Origin: Nemertoderma westbladi
Lineage: Eukaryota > Animalia > Xenacoelomorpha
Direction: 5' to 3'
NCBI GenBank assembly: GCA_032718475.1
Contig: JAUCBJ010007040.1
Coordinates: forward strand, 61,638-125,637
Length of the DNA: 64,000 nucleotides
Position numbers and translations under genes: made by a program. The notes beneath the pieces were generated by a model that had not been told where the DNA came from, did no database searches, and worked only from the letters and a program-made list of their open reading frames with translations. Positions 25,301 to 37,300 of this stretch are shown here, piece by piece (position 1 is the stretch's first letter; every line of letters begins with the position of its first letter).

Positions 25301-28300
25301 CGGCGATGGTGGGGCCGCCAGTACGACGCCTAACACAGAGAGAAAGAGGGGACGTCGGCGACGAGGACGTCGGAGTCAGCGACCGGCTCCGACGAGTCTA
25401 CAACGCGACGAGGAGGCAACTGAAGGAAGCCAAAGAAGGAGCTTTTATATTTCATCGACATATCAGCCTGCTGTGACGCGTACTTACTAGACCCGGTCGG
25501 GATCCCTCGATCCCGTCACACTTATCATATTTAGTATAACAGTAAATTGACCAGATTATTTGCATAGTTACTATTTGAATCAATCGGATACTAAATTACG
25601 AGACCCCCCCCCCCCCCCCCAGCTCTCTCCCTGTGTTTAGCATTTTACTGGCCTTGCTATTTTAACTGTCCAACTATTCAATTATTCTTTCCCTCTCTGA
25701 CACTAAACCATTGATTACATATAAAAATTAATTTGGGTGATAAAATATTTATATTTGCAAAATTATCAAGGCCACATAACGCCGATTTACACTTACACGC
25801 TAATTTAAAATTAACTTTCTAATAAGTTTACTCATTATACTTTATTTTTTTTACGTAGTTTACTTTAACACTTTTTGAAATTAGTTTCCTTTTATAATTA
25901 ACTCGTTTTTATATTTAAAACTAGAAAGCCAGCAAGCTGGCTGGAAGGAGCCCGGAGGAAGAATCCTATTTACAAGACTATTACAAATAAACCTTGTCGG
26001 TCAGCAGTAAGTAAACTAAACAATTGTCTAAACTATAAGGCGTGGGGCTAGCTGACTTTGTGTCTCGTCCCACATAATAAAAATAGGAAACTTTGCTATG
26101 ACAACACACCCGGTTCTTTTAAATTTGAGTTTTATGCCTGCACCACTATTTGTAAAAAATGTTAAAACTTATCTTACAGTATGCCAATGTAGTAATGGTA
26201 TTAAAATATAATTAAATTAATTTACACTATGCATATATCACATATTACACAATTTACACTAATGCTTCAGCTAAAAAATGATGCTAATCCTATGTAATAA
26301 AAACAATAAGAATATTATTTTTAAGAACTTTCTACATATATCCTATACAAAATAACCAGCCCAATGATTCGTGGAATAATAATATAATCCTACTGCATTT
26401 GTATATTTTATTTTGTTTATTGACAACTCAACTATTTTCTGTCTATCCCTGAGAGCTGATAAAGGATGTGTAGACTCAGCCAGCAGCCAGCAGCAGGAGG
26501 GGTGTAGTCAAGAAATTCTGCCTTGATGGAATTATATCTCATGCAGCCCTGCACTCAACCATTACTACACAGCTAGCTGCTGCAGCAGCTCAGGGAGGAG
26601 TTGTTACTTTACTATTGCTTTTTATTTCGCGACAAAATAATTTCAAAAAAACGAAATATATCGAATACCACACATACAATCTATCTGATATTTTGCAACG
26701 CGATTATGAACCACCAAAGCAATTTACTTTCAAAATTTCAACAAAATCGCCAGGCAGGAAGTGCCTGAACCTTGATAATTATCAGTCAGTCAGTCAGTGT
26801 TATATATCCTGAGATTTTTACAGTAAGTATCCCTTAGATTTTTGAACCACCATAGCAATTTACTTTTAAAATTCAACAAAATCGCCAGGCAGGAAGTGCA
26901 TGAACCTTGATAATTATCAGTCAGTCAGTCAGTCAGTCAGTGTTATATATCCTGAGATTTTTACAGTAAGTATCCCGCAGATTTTTACAGTAAAATTTTT
27001 ACATTAAAATTTACATTGGAATTTCTGTACAATCTAAGTAGGTTAGGTTAGGTTAGTTAGCTAGGTTAGTCTCTTTTAATGATCATTCTCAACTCACTCT
27101 CAGCTCACTCTCCACACTATTGCTGATGAAAGTCGATGAAACTGATCCTGATTCCAATCTGTCAATGGTCTAAGATCACTAGATGACGATGGTCCCGCCA
27201 TGTATAGGCTCAACTGACGACTCATTTCAAATTTCTTTGAAGTAGACGGTAGAAGATAGGAAGTCGTTGTGGATAGATTCATGTGCCCTAGGTGTCTGTG
27301 AACTGTGTGTGCTGTGTCTGTTAACCTCTGTGCTAGGTTAACTGGTTGGCCACCATCTACCAATGCTTGGGGTGCCGTTTTACGACAGGAAATAGGGGTA
27401 AGCTTCTTTCCTCCTTGTATCCCAGCTTTCGTTATTAGAATCGTAAACATTTTAGCGAATTGATGCTTTCCTACTGGTTGCTCACAGAACCATTTCTCAC
27501 TTGGCTTGGTGTTATGCTTTGGACATATGAAGTATGGCTGCAAACCATCTACCTTTCCATCGGGGAAACGTTTCATTATGTAGAAGTCATGAAGTGTAAC
27601 TGCACACAGACTTCGATCCGCTTTGTACTCATACTACTACTAGGATCGGCATGCTGCATTGCAGCTGCATTTTTAAGAATGCTGTGCCGGCTTGTCAACA
27701 AAATTGCACCGCCACAACTCCCTATCACCCATGACATTTGCTAGATCATCCGCATCTTTAAGGCCAGTGTCCTTTAAGATGCGTCTCAAGAAAGTCATGG
27801 GCTGTCCACCATGCTTATTCGCTCCATGAGGCTGCCAAAGTACAAGATTATGCACTGGCTGGTCCTCACGGCGAAAGCAATGTCCTGCAAAGCGGAGGCG
27901 ATTTTGTTCTAGTGTCAAGCTTGGGGGAACCAATGAGACACCTCCAATGTTATATAGTGTCTGGTTGGAGATGTGTGCATTGTACTTGACACAATGAACC
28001 CGGCGTAGCATTCTTGTGAATGTGCCATCCAGAGATTTGGTGTCCTCAGCAGTTAGAGCCCAGCATGGACTCCCGTAGAGGAGTACTGGAACTACTGCTG
28101 CTCTAAATAATCGGACCTTGGACCTTTTTTTGTACTCATAAGCACTTGGTGAAAATTCCCTGGGGGCCGAATCGTCGTGTCACATCTTTGTACTACATTC
28201 CTTTAGTTTTAGGTAGTATATAAGCCATCTTCAGGGTTATAGTGCTTTGTTATGTCGCCCACAAGTATTTTTCTCATCTCCTCGTCTGGACGAGCTCCAA

Positions 28301-31300
28301 ACTCTGTTGTAAGTACTATATACAACATTTCGAGTAGCATTTTTGGATTCTCCATTCCAAGAAGCCCCTTTTCCCTCATAGCCTTGAAATCGCCTTCCTC
28401 CATTGGGTTACTGGCTCTTTCAAGATTGCCTTTACCAGCACTTTTCGTTTCTGCTAATCTAGTTTTTAGGATGTCTCTACTAAGACGAAACTCAGGGAGT
28501 TCTAGCGCATTTCCTAACCCTAGATCTTTCAATATGGGAAGGACTCCCTAAAAACGACGACCTTGTGCAACTTTTTCACCGTTTTTTTTCTTATACTTAC
28601 GGATAAATCCGTTGAAATGTTTTGCTAATTCCCCTCTTTTCGATTCCTCGCTCAGTTCTTCGATTGTTTCACTGACATTGTTTATGTCGAGTTATTTTTG
28701 AAATGCTGCGACAGAACACAGAAACAGTGGTGGAATCAGTGGTATGGACGTTTCTGTTCGTTAATCTGTACTCGTCATCGGTTTTGTCGTTTTGCAATAA
28801 TTGAAGAGATGACTCATCCCTGCATCGTTAAGCTGGTGGTATAGTTTTATTATTTCCCAATGTGGAATCCATTGAAATAAATAGATCATTGGCATTGAAG
28901 AGATTTTCTAAACACACCAGATCAACTAAATCTAAGTCATCCATGCCTAATCGGTTATACTGGTTTGCAATACAATAGATCACAGCAAAAATGTTTAGGT
29001 AAACAGAATGTGAAACCAACGCACCGTTCTGCCATTACTCGCACCTACTATAGGCCTACTGTAGTTGACCTACCAATTTTTTGCTCTAAATCATAATTGC
29101 CAAACCTCAAAATAAGTGCAGAAGTGTACCTACTGTGGTACGTTACCGGTAAGATGCATACCGTTATGTTGCACAAACCAAATTCGTCAAAGAGAAAGTG
29201 AAATCCAATTGCGTAGGTACCAGACTGCCGGTATGTTGTTCTAAGCTAAAATGGTCAAACAGAAAGTAAACACCATAAATAAAAAGCAGAAGGTACCGTA
29301 GGGCCTACAGTTTGCAGTTTGCAACCAGTGTAGGTTATCAATTATTACACTTCGGCCTACACCCCTTGGAAAAGTAACTATTTAAAATCCTCAGCCTTTG
29401 GCCTCGGATTTTAAACACTTAATTTTCCGCGGGCTTCGGCCTCAGCAACAGCAGTTGGTTTGCGGAAAAATAAAATCACAAAATACCGGGCAAAAATAAC
29501 AACCCTATAGACCAACATTAGTTCAGTGTTATTTTTTCCAGGATTTGTTTTGTAACAACATATTATATTACCAATACAATATAAAGTTGACATTATCTTG
29601 TTAACTTAAATAAGACTATTATCTAATCCATGGCATAGGTTTTGATGTTTTTGCAATTATGATTTGTGTATTTATATAATTTAATAAATTCCTCCATTCT
29701 GTGCTTCAGATATTGATGAATGTTCTACCAATTCTGATAATTGCCACATTAATGCAAGCTGCATGAACAGTGATGGTAGTTTCTCCTGTGCATGTAATTT
29801 GGGCTACACTGGCAATGGTGTTTCCTGCAGTGGTAAGCACATATCATCTTATATTAGCAATACAATATAAAGTTGACATTATCTTGTTAACTTAAGACTA
29901 TTATCCATGGCATATGACTTTGATGTTTCTGCAATTAGGATTTGTGAATTTAGAATTTAATAAATTCCCATTTTTTTGATCTTCAGATATTGATGAATGT
30001 TCTACCAATACTGATAATTGCCACATTCATGCAAGCTGCTCGAACAATGATGGTAGTTTTACATGTGTATGTAATTCAGGCTATTCTGGGACTGGTGTTT
30101 CCTGCAATGGTAAGCAAATACCAGATAATATTACCAATACAAACAATACAAAACAAACTTCGACACCATCACCTTAAAATCCTATTATCCTGTCATATTG
30201 CTTTTAATTTAATTTTTTTGGAGTATTAATTTGCAAATTCATAATTTAGTAAATTACTAATTTTTGTACTTCAGACATTGATGAATGTTCTACCAATAGC
30301 GATAATTGCCATATTGATGCTAGCTGCACAAACAATGATGGTAATTTTACATGTGCATGCAATTCAGGCTATTCTGGAACTGGTGTTTCCTGCAATGGTA
30401 AGGAAATAACATAGATACTGTACATTGTTGGTAGGACCTAACATTTCCTTGACCTCTATATTTTACTGTTTACCTACCGGTACCGTGTTACTGTACCCAT
30501 TTTCCTTATGCTCTATTTGATATTATTATGGTAGGTGCTTAAATGCACAACGAGCAACAATGACCAACAACGAGCAACAATGACCAACAACGAGCAACAA
30601 TAAGCAACAATGAGGAACAACAAGCAACAACGAGAACCAATGAGCAACAACGAGCAACAATGAGCAACAACTAGCACCAATGAGCGACAACGAGCAACAA
30701 CGAGCACCAATGAGCAACAACGAGCACCAATGAGCGACAACGAGCAACAACGATCACCAATGAGCAACAACGAGCAACAATGAGCAACAATGAGCAACAA
30801 CGAGCAACAGTGAGCAACAACGAGCAACAACACGAGCAACAACGAGCACCAATGAGCAATAAACGAGCAACAATAGGCAAAAATAATAAACTCGTTGTTG
30901 CTCATTGTTGCTCATTGTCGCTCAATGTTGCTCGTTGTTGCTCATTGTTGCTCGTTGTTGTACTTTATTATAGCTCGTTGTTGCTCATTGGTGCTCGTTT
31001 TTACACATTGTTGCTCGTTGTTGTACATTATTATAGCTCGTTGTTGCTCGTTGTTGCTCATTGTTGCTCGTTGTTGCTCATTGGTGCTCGTTGTTGCGCA
31101 TTGATGCTCATTGTTGCTCGTTGTTGCTCATTGTTGCTCGTTGTTGCTCGTTGTTACTCATTGTTGCTCATTGTTGCTCGTTGTTGCTCATTATTGCTCG
31201 TTGTTGCTCATTGTTGCTCGTTGTTGTTCGTTGTTGTTCATTGTTGTTCGTTGTTGCTCATTGTTGTTCGTTGTTGTACTTTATTATTGCTCAATGTTAC

Positions 31301-34300
31301 TCATTGTTGCTCGTTGTTACTCATTGTTGCTCGTTGTTGCTCATTGGTGCTCGTTGTTGCGCGTTGATGCTCATTGTTGCTCGTTGTTGCTCGTTGTTAC
31401 TCATTGTTGCTCATTGTTGCTCGTTGTTGCTCATTATTGCTCGTTGTTGCTCATTGTTGCTCGTTGTTGTTCGTTGTTGTTCATTGTTGTTCGTTGTTGC
31501 TCATTGTTGTTCGTTGTTGTACTTTATTATTGCTCAATGTTACTCATTGTTGCTCGTTGTTGCTCATTGTTGCTCGTTGTACATTTTAGCACCTACCTAT
31601 TATTATACCTTTACCTTGTCAGCTTGTTACATTGTCAAATGTATGGATGAATGTGTCAAATAATGGATTGGCCATAGGCCTACCTATTCCCTATCACATG
31701 CTTATCCCCTTTATCTGGTGTGGTGGCAATGTTGTGGATACGACCTCACAAAAGATTTCAACTGAAATTCACTAGAACCCCAACCCTACAAGCCTATACC
31801 AGTATATACTGACGGGGTCGGCAGTATTTAGTAACCATCATTATTTAGGTATGCCAGGGAGTTAACGAAACTGCTTCGGATAAACCTTGTTAAAAACTGC
31901 CATAAAATAACTATATTGAAATTGTCTGGGTCTATTAACATTCCTGCAGATATCGCAAGTCCAAAATGCCCTTGAGTGTCTTACTCCAACCTGCCAAATT
32001 TAAAAATTTCGCACCAAAAATTGGAGTCATGTCAAACAACCTCTCAATAATCTGTCATCCAACTATCGCCACACAAGAAGATGACCAAAGTGATGGTATT
32101 ATCACTGATACAGGGTCAGTTGTGATGATAAAGCTTTGTTCAGTACTTTTCCTACAGGTAGTATTCAGCATGAGCATAGTGATGACATACAAGATGAAGA
32201 TGATACCCCAATCTTCATCACTCTCTCTACTTGGCTACCCCTAAAAGGCGAGTGTGCATATCTTTGCCTTATCAAACCCACATAATACAGGGCCTCTGAT
32301 CATGGTCTCTGTTATCATAACCTTATAGTCGATGTTGGGTGTAAGAAGAACACAAACAAGAAGACCATGCACTGCTAAGAGAGCAGTGCAGGAACTATGT
32401 TATGATATTTTCAAGGAAGATCCCTGTGGAAATATAATCTCACCAACAATGTTGATGTTGGTTAGGCCTACCTCTCGTCTCAATTCCAAACTGATATCAT
32501 CTGTCCTTTCTGCACGTGAGATGCTTTACCAACATGATCAGTAATCAATGTTCGTAACCCTATCCTTTCGGCCACCCAACTCTCCGTTAGCATGAATGCT
32601 GCTCCACTATCGACCAACATCAGTGTCGTGACCGATAGCCCGTCCTCTCCTATTATTCTCACTGGTACTACAGCGAGTAGTACTGTCCTCTTCCTCCTTG
32701 CTCCCATCGTGCTCGTTGCCATGGTTTGGCCTCCAGTCTCATCTGTCTCGTCGTGTTTCATCGGTGGTTCCTGGCATTCATCCAGTGTCCTCCTACCGCG
32801 CATCGGTGACATAGTCCATTCTTATCAGCATAGGCTATCCGATCTTGTTTGAGTAACGCCTGCCAATGCTTACAGTCCATGGTCTTATGGGTTCCATCTA
32901 TATGCAATTGACATTTGTATCCTGGATTGTAACGTTCCTTGTATAGCCCTTCACATATCACGCGTAGATTCATATCTAGCGGTTTAGTGTTGCGTTCTGT
33001 GCTCAAAAAATACTGAACAACGAAATGTAAGCCGACTACTGATTCGAATTGACTCAGATAGATTGCTTACTAATATCCTACAGCGTTTGAATAAACCACC
33101 CGTTCCAAGGCAAAACAAATATTTCTGAAATGTTCTAAAGGTTGCTGCTAATTAAGGCAAAAAGGTGATACCCACATTTAAATATCACATGACTGAGTCA
33201 AGCTAAATTTGCTATATTGTAATCTAGATTTAGCGTAGTACTTTCAATATAATATAGGACTAATTTTGTAATAAATATAAATTGAAATCTGACAGCCGAG
33301 TTCCGTTAATTATCGGCTATAAGCCGCTTTTACGCAGGTCCCATTTCCAAATAATATCATTTTGGCTTCTCCAAAACTGTAATACTTCCAATGAACCAAC
33401 CGAAAGGGAGAGTCTGTCTATTATGGATGATCAAATAGCTAACCAGCCCAGCGTGTGATAGTGAATGATCCCCAAAATCGAAAGTCGGCCTAGTGATAGA
33501 AATATATATAATCAGAATTGTTAGTCCCCCAAATAATCCCAATGAAATGTAGAATCGAAGCACCTATTTTTACTGTTGATTCCCCTCCCAAAACTAGGAA
33601 TGGTTGGAAATGGGCTGGGCTGTTCAATAATCTAATGCGGTAATACGACCTTTAATCCAAAATGTACTAATTAAATCAAAAAAATCCTAGGTGTTAGCGA
33701 ATTCAATTCCGCTAACCACCCCATAAAGTTGGGAAAGCGGTGCCTTTAAGCAATATTGGGGAGTACGAGGTTGATTACCAACCAACCTCGTATCACCCCC
33801 AATAAACGGGGACGACAAACCCCAAAGGGCCGTACACAATGGGGGTCAGAGGTTACACCTCCGGGAGAGGGAAAGTAACAGTAGCAAAGGGGGAAACACT
33901 CCCAGAGAGGTGGGAAGCGAGAATTAGGTTACTAGCCAATGGGGGGCAAGCATCCGCTGAGTGATAGGGCCAATGTAGGGTGATTAGATATATATTACCG
34001 GTCGGTGCCCATAACATTCAGTAGTTTGCTCAGTCACATTATTGTTTGCAGAACGGTGACACTTTAAGACCGTCACCGCCATCACCAATACACATTATCA
34101 TTACTGGTATACTGTGATGTCATTACTCTGTCTATCTTATATACATATATCTTATCAATAATACTGGAAGAACGACAAACCCTTTTCTTTCATTCGCACG
34201 GCGTGGACGCGTATATAAACCAAACAGGTTGGGATCCTCTGATCCCGTCACAGTCTTAAAGTCTAAGAACTGCCAAATTGTGACTGCCAGCCACCAGAGA

Positions 34301-37300
34301 AGAACAGAGTAAAGATGAGTCAAGGGGGAGAAAGGACACCGCTGCGGACCCCGGACGACAACCTAACGATCCGCGAGGCCGCGGCGAGACGGTATCGACC
34401 CACGAGGCCGGATTCGTCGACTACAGACGATCCGGCAATCCAAGTGGAGGGGGGCCATCTACAACGAGGACGAGAGGACGAGTCGACACGCGGCGGCGGT
34501 CGAGTTACCGATGTCGCCGGCCAGCCACAGGCCGGGGGCGACGGACGGCCCACCGGAACGGCGATGGTGGGGCCGCCGGTACGACGCCGAACACGGAGAG
34601 AAAGAGGGGACGTCGGCGACGAGGACGTCGGAGTCAGCGACCGGCTCCGACGAGTCTACAACACGACGAGGAGGCAACTGAAGGAAGACAAAGAAGGAGC
34701 TTTTATATTTCATCGACATATCAGCCTGCTGTGACGCGTACTTACTAGACCCGGTCGGGATCCCTCGATCCCGTCACACTTATCATATTTAGTATAACAG
34801 TAAATTGACCAGATTGTGCAACTTTTTCACCAGTTTTTTTCTTATACTATATTATTATACTCTTTAATTCGGACTAGCCGACAATACGGTCAATAAAATT
34901 TACAACATACATTTACAATTACTTCACAATGAAAAGTAAATTAATCACGACATAGAGCGTGAAATGAATAAAAACAATTGAATTAAAGTTATTGAATATT
35001 CCGAATAAAATGATCTGGCTAAAAAAGCAGTAAAAATCGATCTAAAACCGATTAAAATGCGACTAAATGATGGCATAAAATTCCTTTATTCGTTTCATTT
35101 TTTCCATTATGTGACCTCTGGTGACCTCCAGTTTGGTATTTGTATTGAAACTAGCTTGACTAAATTAAAATACGTCCTTCAATGATATGATATAAAATGG
35201 CAAACAGATGAATAAAAACAATTGAATTACAGTTGTTGAATATTCCGAATAAAATGATCTGGCTAAAAAAGCAGTAAAAATCGATCTAAATCCAATTAAA
35301 ATACGACTAAATGATGGCATAAAATTCCTTTATTCGTTTCAGTTTTTCCCGCAATGTCAGCGATTGAAGGTCGAAGCAGGCCGCAATGAAATCAGCGTTC
35401 CCAATATCTGTGAAGGTCGGCGCGCCCATAACCATCCGGTTTACGATGGAGTCCTTCGCGTAGCGGTACATTAGAATGGACTCGAGCCGTGGTAGAGGGT
35501 GCTCGGTGGAGGCAGCTCTGTAGCCGCCGAGAACCCCTGGGTAGGAGCCTCTCCCCCGTCTCCCAGACAGGCTGGCGATTGCCAGGGATGCAAACGCGCT
35601 CTGGAGGGCTTTGTTGGGGCACTCGTTGTACCGAATGAGTGTACCAACCGATAGCCGGAAGGCCTCCAGTGAGATGGGTTTCAGCTGGGTTAGGTGGTAG
35701 AGTGTTGAGTTCCCAATGTACGGTCCAACACACAGAAGACTCCTGAGGGCGTTCCTGTAAACCACGTCGAGTTTTCCCAATTCAGTTTGAGTGAACGCCC
35801 CGATGTTGAGTTTCAATGAGTACAGGGCTGCCGGTAGAGCGACGGCGCGCCACAGGTTGGCAACGGTCGCCGCCGGCAGCCACCGGGTCGTCCAGCCCTT
35901 CGCCTGGAACATCCGTGCGAGGGCGACTATCTTCTGGGCCGAGGCGCCCAGAGGGTTGGTCTGCGACTGGGCTAGGTTGTAGCCGAGGAAGGTCCAGGAT
36001 TTACAGCGCGGGAACAGCGGTTTGCCAAGCCGGAGGAATGACGGTTGGTGGCAATTCCTTTGGTTCGAAAATACCGTCCACTTAATTTTACTAGATTCGA
36101 CCGACAGTTTTATATCATTGGCGGACTTGCTGAAGACCCTAAATAGAGTTTCCATATCTTTTGGATTGTTCGTCATTAGTAAGAAATCGTCCGCATATGA
36201 TATGGCTCCCAACCATATTGAATTGATTGTATACCCTACATGGGATTCCTCTAGGTTGTCCAGTATGCTTCTTGTGTACAGGTTGAATAGGATCGGTGAT
36301 AACAAGGATCCCTGTTTAACGCCTCGTCGAACAAAGATTCCGTCACGATCGATCAGGCCGTTGAACTTTAGGTACAAGGTGCTGACCATGTAGTAATTGA
36401 GCACGGTGGCGACGATATGAGGGTTAACGAACTCCATCATCTTCCGACCCAATGTATCATAGTCCACGGAGTCGAACGCAGCCTCTATGTCTAGCTGGCA
36501 GATGTACAATTGGGACCCTCTCACTAAGTTACTCTCAATGCATTCCAGAACTGTAGCTATGGCGATGTCGCACCCAATCCCGCGGTGCCCACGACCCCCC
36601 TACTACTACTCGTGGCATGACAATATGCCACACTCCCTTACCCGCCGCCTTCTAACCTCTCTACTTACTATCCTTTACTACTTCTAACTTCTACTAATCT
36701 ACTTCTTCTACTATCTGTCATATTTTTAATTATTTAATTATTTATTATTATTTGTTTAAATTAAATAATTATTTTTGTGGGAAGGGCGTCTCGCCCTCAT
36801 TCCCACCCCCCTCAGTCCAAAATATTGGACGACTAAACCTCCTAACTAGGGCGATTCTTCCAACAGGCACTCTCCCACTGCTGCTCTTGTAGGTCCTGTA
36901 GGATTCGCCGCACTCTCTTCGCCAATTCCATCTCACCAGGAATTGGTTCTCCCTCCTCTGCCACCCTGAAATCGGGTCTCTCCGCCGCCTTCTTAACTAG
37001 CTCATCTCCTGGCATCAAAATGCCACTTCTCTCCTTGTTGTCTCCCGCCGGCAGAATGAATAGAAAGTGAAAGAACAGGCAGAACAGAAGGTAGAATAAT
37101 AGTCCTATCCCTTTCCATCCTGCCTTCCTTCTCGACTTCCCCCTTGTCGGTATGCCTCCAAACCGGACCTGCGTCTCTTCCTGACACTCCTCTGGACACT
37201 CCTCTAGACACTCCTTCTGACACTCCTCCGGGCACTCCCCCGGAGTGTTGTCCTCCGGACACCTCGCCGTCCGCTCCGCTCCATCTCCATACCGATGCTT

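Larger units (their letters stand above)
25521..29560 (-). mobile_element. Crypton-like tyrosine-recombinase transposon (DUF3504-like), degenerate, with nested Helentron-like and RTE insertions
   Basis: EFRLSRDILK...GKGN...LLGMENP...FGARPDEE...GDI (28209-28532) and WFCEQPVGK...AGI...SCRKT...LGH...TTSY (27100-27576). Confidence 0.75.

Noticed and set aside
27038-27070. TTAGG-like repeats as a telomeric seed (also ~50650)
   Set aside because: Only a few degenerate units inside a transposon
27120-27150. CTGATGA...GAAA motif (also ~50734, and ctgatgagaaa at ~20424) as extra hammerheads
   Set aside because: No helix I or helix III complementarity; they lie within recombinase or integrase relics
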